A stretch of 64,000 nucleotides of DNA from Botryllus schlosseri (lineage: Eukaryota): contig CM119382.1 in assembly GCA_051294905.1 (NCBI GenBank), positions 11,842,001 through 11,906,000 on the forward strand. Direction: 5' to 3'. Numbering within the stretch: position 1 is the stretch's first letter; each line of letters starts with the position of its first letter. A program made the position numbers and the translations under genes. Below are positions 50,001 to 62,000 of the stretch, in pieces. The notes beneath the pieces were generated by a model. It worked only from the letters and a program-made list of their open reading frames with translations. It ran no database searches and was not told where the DNA came from.

Positions 50001-53000
50001 ACAAACCTGTTCAACTTGATTTCTTAAGGCCAGGTTTTGTTTGTTAATCTTCTTCATGGCGAATCGCTGTTTTGTTTCCTTGTGACGCACGAGATAAACG
50101 GCCCTGAAGAGGAGTGAAACAACGTAATGTAGGAAGAAATATCTCGTAATTGGATCATGGCCAAGACCAAGTATAAAAACTAAGCATTCTGGTAGCAAAG
50201 TTGAACTAGTATTCTGAGTAGCCTAATTCTGCCTAAAAAACTCCAAAAATCGGAAGCAGATGAGTGCAAGAGGGGAAAATGTACCCGAGTAATGCAAAAA
50301 ATCTCACCCATAAGCGCCGTTGCTGATCAACTTTGTGACGACAAAGTCGCCTTCCGAAATTGGATTCCTGTCTGCGTTACAATTCTTCTCTTCCCCGTCC
50401 GTTTCGCTTTCACTTGACGACGACTTTTGCTTGGAGAGACTTTTCATCTCCGCGACTGGATCCTTGTTCAGGCCCAGCTGCTGCACAATATACTGCGGGA
50501 TGCCCGTCTCAATACCATACTTGCCCTCTTTGGCAGCGTGCTCGGCCGATTCCAAGAGATGGTAGAATTCCTCCGCGTTGAATTCCTGTGAAAAGTGGTC
50601 GGGTAATTCAAGCATTTGATCGGAGATGCTACTTTTGAAATCGTAGGGTGCATATTGGTTCAAAATAGTAACAACACAAATAGGTGGGATTTCACTTTAA
50701 AAAAGCCTACATATAAAACGTAATTAATTTTGCCTAAAAAATGTTGGGTAGAAGTTGGAGTTATGTAAAAACACCAGGTAACAGTCAGGGTTGTAACCAA
50801 GTCACAAGTCGAGTCATTTTCAATTCACCACCGCTGCTCGAGTGATATAGAATGGCTCGCATTCATAATATCGTAATTTTTCTCATTTCAAACTGTTTCT
50901 GACCCTATTTTCCGAGTATCAGGAGTGAGATGAAACACCAATACTATGGTGACTTTCCTATTCTTCGTTACAATGAAATGTCTGTCTTGGCCGTCCTAGT
51001 CTCGAGTCATGCACAATGACTCGAGTAGAAGTCGATTCAATACACAAACTAACTTGAGTTGAGCCATTTTACGCATTTGAAAAAATGACTTGAGTCAAGC
51101 CGAGTCACCAAAAAATGGACTCGAGTCATTACAACCCTGGTGAAAGTACTCAGTTTCTGACTCCGACAGGTCTCTGGTAACGATACGATAGGGGCTAACA
51201 AACAAGGAAATTACCAGGCATTCCAACAACCGCGCGGGCCTGGCCACAATCATCAGCAACTTCCTTATCAACTTGACGATACTTCCGCCACCAGACGTCG
51301 ATTTCTCCTGAGCCTGCAAAACAAACAAGAAATCAATACACGATTGCCGTAAAATCGAAATCACGACCAGTTCAACAAAATCATTAGTGTCGTTGCGTGC
51401 TTCGTCTGACAGACTTACATTGGCGGTGAGCAATTCCAGACGTTCCGATAGGTCGAAGAAATATTCGGCCGTGATCAGGCCGTCTTGAGATTTTGCAAGG
51501 CAGGCCCGGGCCATTTCAACGACTTGGTGGCCGACAAAACTCCAAGTCCCATCGGCGACGGGTTTTTGCTGATCCGAAGAGCACGTTTGGATGAATTCCT
51601 AGTAAAAAAACAGCAATATCCTTTATTTAATATCCTACGGATGGCTTGCGCTCGGGAGGGCAGTTTTACAGAAATTTTCCAACAGGTGAAAAGTCAACCT
51701 TCCTAAATTCAAAACCCATCACTTTATTCATTTAGTAAGATGACATCCCGAGTTTAGCAAATGTTTGAGAAAATACAGTCTGCCGAGACATAGGCCTACT
51801 TGCGGTTAGGGCTGGACAAAATCAAGTACCGGTACTTGAGTGAGTCGATTCCGAATCACGTATTACGCTTTGAGTCGAGTATCAATCATTATGACATCAC
51901 AACAGAATACACTATGTCAAAGTTCAAATATGTACCTCTTATGCCACCACTAAGAACACAATGCTCGTTATCTGTCACATTAAATTTGTATTTTTTCGAC
52001 CTTAACGACTTCATTGCAATTCTTGACAATGTTGTGGGATGATCATGACCTCGGAAATGTGTTATTTCCAGTAAAGTTCTTAGTTTTGTACTATGTCTTG
52101 TATGCTGCGACACGGCCAATCAAGGTTTCAAGGCTTCCTTCCTCAGTGGAAAAGAGTATCAAAACTATAATACTCGTTAGTAAATTAACTTTCATTTGCG
52201 GCAGGAGCGTATCATTTCAGTACTCGAATCATTGTGCTCAGCCCTATTCGCGATACAGAACTGCCTATTTTGAAAATAAATGGAATTACGAAAAGTGACA
52301 CCACCAAATAATCCCTATACGACAGTATAGAATATATCTCACATCATTAATCAGCAGTTTTTAGCAGTAAACTGTCGCATAGCAGATCGTATCTGCAGTT
52401 TGACGGTATTATTCACCCAGCGAGTTCAACTCGATCAATACCTGTCATTGAGGTATCAATATTTGCGAAAACTGCTGCGATCCGCAATCAATAACTGACA
52501 AGATATCAATCCGTATAATTATGTGAGCAGGTCATAAATCCAAATCTAAAACCTCAGCACAGCAGATACTGGCACATTGAACACCATCGTCATTCCCACA
52601 CAAATGCACACCTTCAGTTTTTCTTCCATTTGCGACACGGCGTTCGGAAAGCGCTCGCGATACACATTGTTCATCATCATTACTTCGGTGTCCACGTGCG
52701 GCGTGACCATCCGTCCCGGGCTGAGACTTCTGGCCCTCTGGCGGAACGGACTTCTGCGTCCCGACTCTTCCTCGTTGATGTTTTCGTTGGAATGGAAGTG
52801 GTTTGTGAAGTATCTTATCTCTTCGGGCGTCGGATTCAACGGCAGCTGATGCAGTCTTTCCTGAAACGCAAAACGTGATTGTATATACTGCTAAAAATTT
52901 TGACTAGAATACTCCTAACCCTTACCTGCGAAGAGCAAGCCGATGATGACAAGGTAGACGAAGGCGTGTTTGTGCCATAACCGCTCGAAGGCAGTGAGGC

Positions 53001-56000
53001 CACGGACCAGCGCCGTCCGTCAATCGCCGAGATCGCGGCCGGCCCGGAAGCCCGCGTCTTGACCGTGGCAGACGTCTGGATTATCCCGGCCATGGAGTTG
53101 AACGAAAAATGCGCCGCAGTGTTCGGAGAGGCGTTACGCGGGCTGTCCAACGGACTGCCGACTGAAAATTTGGCTTGTTAGAGTTTAGGGAGATGGTTCT
53201 CAAAGTGGACAATTTCAACTCTGGGGCTGCGATTTTGCAAGACAAGACGTCAAAAAATTATGTAGCAAAAATGCCGACGGTAGGTAGAGGGGCAAATGGA
53301 CACAGATGCTGATGCGCCATGCAATGCACTTTCACCATACTTCGTCGTATGGACCCCTGACTCTCAAATCTTATTGCTCAACATGTCTTTATCGCCCTCA
53401 AATAGCCTGAGGTCATTAGTAACAAAGCAATACTAGATTTCCATGATAGTTAAGTAGTTTTTATCTTTATCTTTATCTTTATTTTTGTATTACTTGGTGA
53501 GGTAGCTTTCTTTGTATACTACTTCTACTTCAACAGTTTTGATGCTGAAATACAAAGTTTTGTATGCTTGATTTTGTCATGTGAAAGTAGTCCGTGAATG
53601 AACTGCATTCAATGTTACGAGCGATTGTATGAATCCGCACACGAGCCCAAGCAGGAAATACTACAGCTTAACAGCATAGGTAACGCACCATGTCCGGGAA
53701 TTCCAGGAGAAAGTGGACGCGGCAATGTAGGCGATGTGGTTGAGATTCCGATAACACTTCTCCTGTTAACAGTTGATCGAGGCCTGCAAATGAACACTTC
53801 ATTATTTTCCAATGTAAAAATAATCCCAACAGCCCACAAGCACTACAAGATGGATACTATACAATACACAAACAATTCATCCACCGCCCTGTTGAATACC
53901 AAACATGCTCGACTAATCAACAGCTTTCCACTCCAAAGCCAGTTAAATCAATATGTTGCCAATAGAGATAAGTATAGTACGGGTAGCCAGCCGTACGAAA
54001 ATAACGAAACAAAACATTGAGGGATATATCAAATATATGAAGCTTAATGCTCTTCGGAGGTTTGCCAAAACAAATATATGTGTATTTACACAAGGTGGGC
54101 GCTGTCCTTCCTCCAGACATATCAAGATCAAAGGCAGATAAGACCGGTCTATTCAGCCATTAAGAGTGGTGTATTGTCGGTTCGTACACGGACAGTATTG
54201 AATCGCTCATTTAAATCTATAAAATTTCAATGCCAATCCAAGTATAAACGGACTTGGCGACTTGCTGAAGTACGGAGAAATATAATATATTTCAACGCTA
54301 ATATTTCACCCAGTATGCACGAGCCAGGAATTGATGATGGCCAGTTCGCTTACATTACCACTGTTTCACACATGATGTTATTTCAGGCGTTTATATCTTA
54401 AACTAACATGTATTATTCATGAACTGCTTTCACATATTGAACAGAAATTTAGAGAAAAATAAGGCAGACTCTGATTTTATAATACTACAGCTAGTTGCTC
54501 GACTAGAAGCTGATAATAAGCATGCGTTCTGAAGCCTGAAATACATGTTAGACTGTAAGGTGTATAGCAGCAAACCCATTTTGGAGCAAAATCAAGATGA
54601 CCTGCTCAGATGGCCTAATCAGTAAACAAAATCTTGTCTTAAACTGGAAATTCAATAACAAAATGATGTAGAAATTTCTTTGTGTTGGACTTGCAAGGAG
54701 GGCAGAAACATACACATCAATGCTGGCACTAGCACACCAAGTCCCATTACACTGGTAGCCTATGTAATACGACTCCAATTACAATGTTGTTCAGTGTCCC
54801 TGTGTAATCAGACACCGATTAATATGTTGTTGGTGTCTACATGCCATAATGAGCCTTGTGTTTCTATTAACAGTATTTTCTGAGTGTCAAAAATATTATC
54901 TACAATAAACTAAGAACTTCTGCCACCTCGGCTAGTGGCATTTATTGTTTTCATTCCTCAATTCAATCAGTCAATATTTTGCGGCATGCAGAATAATTCC
55001 AATCACTGTCCCCCAAACTCGGTAGCCCATGGAACACAATTGTCAACAAACAAAATTGGCAGGAAGGGCATTGCCATGATACATGCTATTCATATCCATG
55101 AACATCACTGCCGTTTTCAATATTCAACTGCCATGATATATTGTAGAATCCTACAAAGACTAGTATGACAGAGGCTATTATACTAGACTCTTTGTGAAAA
55201 TTGATGTTATATCACTGGACTAATGCAACATTACTTTTTACTACCTACAATACGTCACAAAGAATATATAAAATCAAATAATGACTTGTGTATTATTGCA
55301 CAGCTATTTGTCACAGCACACGACTAATGAGTTTCAATGACATCCACGTCTTTCGATTCCTTCTGCACGAACATACCAATTGATAACATTAACTACACTC
55401 TGATACACCCTTGAGCGTGACGAACTCTTGAACCAATGCAAATAGACTCACTCCAAATCTGTTGACGACTGAAGGCCTTTCAAAAACTTCATCAATTTGT
55501 ACTTCATTATGACACAGCAATGAGCAGTGACGATTTCACAGGAGTGATTACATTGTGAAGAATCGCGAGATAGCGACAAGCAACATTAGAAAATACTGTA
55601 ATTATTATTATAACTATATCACAGTGGGTATCATAGTGTGGTATCTTAATTATTAGCGCTGAAAGAGAAGTTGTAAATAGTTTAAATATGCTCATTTAGG
55701 AATCGTTTACAACAGGGTAAGTCGAATATGGAAGGCAGCACCAATCGTGAAATCGCGAAAAACATAACGTCATCGTATGCTTACGTCACAAATGAGGTGT
55801 CGCGTTCGCGGAAGATTAGAAACGTATTTTGACACTCATATTTTTCTAGGTCCATTCACTAGTCATGTAGATATCCGAGTGCTTCAATTATATGGATTGT
55901 TCCATCATTGCAAAATAACCCTTGCATTTCTGTCGCATTTTATATCTCGGGTGGCAATTACGAGATGCGCGATGGGCACAATCATTATTTTCGATACTGT

Positions 56001-59000
56001 AATGTATCCACGGTTCAGTTATACCGAAATTTGCGATCATCTAATTCTAATATACGTATGTGTCCCTTGCTAATCTTTACTTTGACCTGCAATATATCTT
56101 GAAACTGCACCTCAAAAACACTATCGCTTATCAAGGACTTAGCTATAGGCCACTCAAATCTGCAAATGAACTGGCACACACAAAACCGTCTATATACCCA
56201 AATCTACGAAAAAGTTACAATATTACTTCCCAACCATGCTGGCGACACAAACTTACAGCGCTTTCCGCAATTTCGGACAAGATTTCAACCACGTCTTGAC
56301 AACGCCGATACAAAGAACGCGCGAGCCGTTGAGTAATAAAACGTCACATTTCGACAGCCACCAAAGACATCAACTTCAAAGACCGCGGACGTAATCGGAC
56401 TATCACACGTCGCGAAATGCCTTTCCCACACTGCCGCAATGATACAGATATCTACCTAAAGCTCTCGACATATAGTCACAGCGACGAATCTTTTCCCGAT
56501 CGCAGTATCGCCATGACAAATCGTATCAGCGCGGAAACTTGCCCAGACAGAATAATCTACGAACGCCGACACACGTCACAATGGAGGTCGTCCGAATTAT
56601 GATTTCCGAAATGCGCAAATTTCGAACCGCGCTACAAGGCGGTAGGTTCAGGTCAATTACTGCAGGAGCCTAAAACATTGCGTACGCTTCCCGTTGCGAT
56701 AAGGCAAGATCTCAGCAAGTCAATCTCGCAGTATTACCTTGCGCTTACGCTGTGCCGTACGCAAACGCTTCCGAGTTGATATAAACACACAGGTGTATCC
56801 AAGTGTAGATAATAGCCACGGGCGCTGATGAGCGCACTATTCTGCAACATTTGTGCGCGCGCGTCATCAAAGACCTTTAAATTGATGGCGACATTGGAAA
56901 ACGCTTAGATTTGCGTGGCGCATCGGTAAAACGCGATAATCGTTCTCGTCTCTTTCCGTCGTAAAATCTCGAAATGAATTTACGCAGAGACCAACGCGAT
57001 GTCCGTCCTGTCCACGTTTCTTACAGCACGCCATTAAAGCACACGGTAGCCATTAGGATATACAGCTAAAGGCCATTCCACTATCTAGAATTCCGCACTT
57101 CGTAATGCTGCTAAGCTAAGTCATTCTGTTACGACACACGCGAACTTGGTGAGGTCACGCGCACCTGTGCGACATGTTCTAGCTAACGGGATCCAATTAT
57201 TTTGTCCGCGCCAGGAAAACGTTTAACGAAAACATTTAGTAACGCTCAATACTAAATTCCATATCAAGAATACTATTCCAAGAAAAATGAACTTAAGACA
57301 ACACTTCAAGGCTGACATCGCACCACGCCCTCGCGACTTTAAAACACGGAATTTGAAGTAGAAAAGCGGTTTCTCCAAATGAAAGGGGAATTTAAAGTAG
57401 AAATGCAGTTTCTCGAAATGAGAGGCTCAGCACGCGGTCAGCGAACATAAACAACGCACCCGAATCCGACACTAACAGACCGCGAGCTATCGCCCGCACG
57501 TGAAATCTGCCCGTCATCTAATTTAATCCATACTCGAGAAGTATAAAACCTAATTAAGGCTTCACGCCTGAAAATCGTCAGTCAGCAGTGAACCGACGTG
57601 ACTCACATTTAAAAATACGAACGCAATACGAAGTAACGCATAATTTTAACGCGCTCATTCGGCCCATGAACAACACACAATACGACACCACGCGTAATTT
57701 TAAAACGCACCCAAGTAGCACAAGAACAGCCAACACCACGACACAGCACACAATTTTAAAACGCACTCAATTGGCCGGGAACAACACGCAATACGATCAT
57801 ATAACGCATAACCGTAAAATACGCTCAATCGGCCCGTGAAGTGGCGTACATTTCGAAAAATTGTACAGCTAAATAGCAACAGCGCCTGCACAGCACCGTG
57901 ATTTTCCCGAAACTGCGATCATCCACATACTAAAATCACACACCGTCTATTTTCGGCACATCTCCCCAGCATAAGACGCGCGAATCAATGCATGGCCACA
58001 AGTCACAAATTAGTCATACGTCTACTCGCGAAAGTCCGACAGCAACTCATACTAAGGGTTACCAGCGGTTAATTATCGCAATTATAAATATACAAAATTT
58101 ATCACAATTCCCGCTCATGTTCAGGGAGACATTCATTTTCGTGTTTATTAATACAATATTGATGCATTGCTTTCATAATAACAATAGTTATTATATTTAT
58201 AATGCCGAATTTAACATGCCTGCCATGACTCGATGGCAACCATACTGGCATTCCACTGAGTCTTTACACAAACGCACACCACCACGGTGTAAGACCGCAA
58301 TACCGAAACCCACAGACAAAATCGACCCCGTTACTTACTCTGTTCCGATCAGCGTGTTGGACAGGCTTCTCTGTAAATTGGACACGGTCAAGCTCGACTT
58401 GACGATGTTAAAAGCCTCGTCATCGGCCATGTCTTGTCGCTAATCGCGTACAGACCTAGTCCGCTACACGGCCATCGTGCGTTATATTCCTCTGTCCCAA
58501 ACGATTAGCTCAGCGCTTCAATATTGCATACCCGCGGTATCCAGCGCCAATCGCTCTCAAAGGCTTGAATAATGTATCAGGGAACAGGCTGTCTCTAGGT
58601 TTTATCGAGTCAAAAGTGGAAGATAATGCGTTGAAAAACACTACGTCGGATACATGTAACAATTCGCGTTTTCCCACTACTGCTAACTAAAGCTTAGCGT
58701 GTTCCCAACGGGCAGTGGCTCAATTCCCATATTGACTAGTGACATAAAAGGGCGACATTCTAAACTAGAGTTTCGAATTAGAGGCAGTAATTTGAAAATA
58801 TATCCTGTATAACACACAATTATTTACAATCCAACTCCATATGAGTAAGAAACTGGTAGCGCCACTCCGACAGGCGTGTATTGTAAATCACAAAACACAC
58901 TATTCCGGTATTAATCAGGCTAACCGCCCTGTCTGGATTTCTTTTAATATACTACTGAGGCTTAAACGGTTTCAATCGAGTCTACAAAGTTGAATGAGCT

Positions 59001-62000
59001 CGGGTGCCAGGAAGACAGGAAGTGAAGGGGAATGCAACGATTTGGAATGGAAAGCCACCAACAGCAAACAGCTACTGTAACACCTCGAATACGCACACTA
59101 TTTTTAAACCCAGATTTAGCAGATGTACCTTAAAAAGTGGGGATGAATCTTACCAGATTGCCCTTATATTCAAGTCACCATAAACTGATTGTGAAGAACC
59201 CTAATAATTACATCGCAAAATAGGTCAATTTACTAGAAAACGGCACGAAAATTACGGTGTCGCCTTGACACTAATCATTATTCTACAGATATTGATTGTA
59301 CGAAATGTCACATTCTACCTAGTGCGAAACGTACGGCCTAGTCACTACACAACACATGACAAGCATAGTCTGCCAACTTGAAATAGCAGTGCAAACTGCC
59401 TGTCGTGATGACGCCCGATTACTTTGACTGCATTAAGACAGCAGCTGACCAACACCTTTCACCAAACACACTACTTATAGCCGACCGACAATAGCAGTAC
59501 CATAAATTCATAAAACCCTGCCTAAGAGCCTTTGCAATCTATTTTCATCGCCCAATAAAACAACCCTATGCGAATACCGCTAGCGTCACAGCCGTTCTTA
59601 ATACGATCAAGTGCAGTCGAGTGGATATCATTCAATACCAATAGGCATAACCAAAAACAATAAAGGTCTCTACTTCCGCACGGGAATCAAAGGAGATAAG
59701 AAATCAGCTACCTACTAAACGCAAACCACCAATATTCCAACAGCTAGCATTACAAGACAGTTATGTACTATCCAACGGAAATTCCTACCCTTCATGCCCG
59801 ATAGATCAGATCAAACGGTTTCACACTTCGCATGCTTGCAGTGAACTAAAAGAATGCTCAGTTAATTTCGAACTCTGCCTCGCGTATCGGTTTCTCTTCA
59901 AGTGAAATCGTGCGCGGCCTATACCTACGACCTAGTGCTTTGCGCTCTCTTATCGCAACGACCAAAATGTTTTAAAATCGCGGCACAAAAGCGGACGACA
60001 TTCGTGTCGTGCGCGACAGCTAGCGGATAGTGAAATTTGACTTACTGTTGTAACGCGACGCTGTCCCGTCTCGATAGCGTGGAGTCCTTCTGAAAGGCAT
60101 AAAGTGGGAACGTTTAGGGCCGGTACACACGGGACCGGTAGGAAAAAGGCGGTATTTATGCCCCTGTCTGCGGATTTACGTCAAGCAGTCATATCAGTTC
60201 GCTATAGTGAGCACCTGATATTGCGAATGATAGTGTGATTTCATGAGACTCATCCAATGTGTAGCCGACTAATATTACATACGAAACACTCCATCGCCAG
60301 ATATTCAGCGGGATTGCCCAAGCATTTGAGCATGCGACAGAATGAAAAACGACAGTTGGGCCAATGACCATGCGACACTTAAGCACGCGATTTAATAACC
60401 CGTAAAATAACCCTAACCCCTACATTTTGCCCTTTGTCTAACGCTAACCCCAGCCCACTCTACACTGGCCCAGCAAATTAACCATCAGATTTTATACACA
60501 TTTCTGCACAAAACTACACAACCGGAAAGTGCACACAATAAAACAAAATTATTAATCTTGCACGATCATCATAAAGGCGGATGCTGGATAGCGTACTAGG
60601 ATACGCAAATTCCTCCATATATAGTTGCAGTGGAATCAAAGTAGCTTATGTTCATTTTACACATTTTGAGAAAATTAATTTTACGTGAAGTTTTCATCTT
60701 ATTACAGCCATATATAGGCCCCGATCAACTTCGAAAAACCGAGAGAGACATTTCGAAATTTCGAAAAGTCGATTTTTTTCAAGTTTTAAGAATGGACCTT
60801 CACAATTTGAAAATGGAACATAAGATACTTTGAATCCACTGCAACGATATACGGCTCTGTAATTAACCCGTCAATATGGCGATGACCGAAAACTTACCGT
60901 CAACGTAGTCAGAGAAGGCGCGGAATTGCCCATGACTTTATTGCGCATGCGCACTAGGTTGCTGGTTTCGCCTCCCGAGTGACCGTCGTGACCGACGAAA
61001 AAAGAAGAATCCCTCCGATTAGCACGACCTGTTGAATCGGAAGAGAAGTGTCGACAGGGAATTCTCCAAATAGGATTATTGCGATCCAATTGAAATTTCG
61101 GTACCGCGTTCAGACAGGATTATCATTTGAAATGAAAACAAAGGACTAAGCCCTTTCCAGGGAATGTATCAAAAGCGCTGACATCCTCGAATCATCTCTT
61201 TACGGCTCCTAATTCAGAATTCAAACATTGTGAAGTCACCACCGCATTGGAAAGTGGTGACGTTGCGCGTCTAGTTTCACGAGTCCGGGTCCAACCCACA
61301 ATGACATATCTACGATTTGTCGTGCCTCTATACGTACCATTGTTCTATAATACGGCGCAGGCGTGCTCGAATTGTAAGACAGCACATATCCGGTTGAATT
61401 TCGTCCAATATACTGACTGAAATACCGGCTATTTAATCGACAATATTACTATTTTTATGGCCTCGATGCGAACTTTGTACATAGTATCAGGTTTGGAAAC
61501 GATATACTCTCGATAAAACGATATACTCTCTCGATAAACTGCCATAATTCGGGCAGGAAATTTGTTCACACCCTTATATCTTTTTGTCACTGCTGTAAAT
61601 TTCTGCGGCGACACTAATTTTCAGTGAATGCACCTCGCCGATTGGCAGTGCATCGTAAGAGGAGCGCAAAACTATTCTGTCAATCCAACCTAGACTGTAA
61701 ATACACGGGCAAAGAATATGTGTGTATCTACCAGATTTCCACCGCAAATCACGAAAACGACATTTGGCGGTGTCAAATTTCGCGTTCACGCGCATTCAAA
61801 TGGGCGAAAAAGAGTAAAATACACAAGGGTGCAGTGGGCGAGGGCGATATTTAAATGTACCACCTAATAGTTCCTTCTTGGGTGTTACATGAAAACAGAA
61901 CCTATTCCAAAACCATATGATATATCTCCATAAGCATTGGTGTATACTGTATTTGACTCGTTTCCACTCATCATAAAGGGCGTTAAAGCTAAATTCGGAC

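Noticed and set aside
56824-56870. CTGATGAG followed by a GCGCAC/GTGCGC stem, resembling a hammerhead ribozyme core
   Set aside because: No GAAA after the stem and no stems I/III; only a simple hairpin.
57988-58443. 151-aa plus-strand ORF (also 53598-54020, 42781-43230, 44935-45249, 45793-46182, 40568-41188)
   Set aside because: Antisense or off-frame shadows of MAST exons plus AT-rich intron, with no domain signal.
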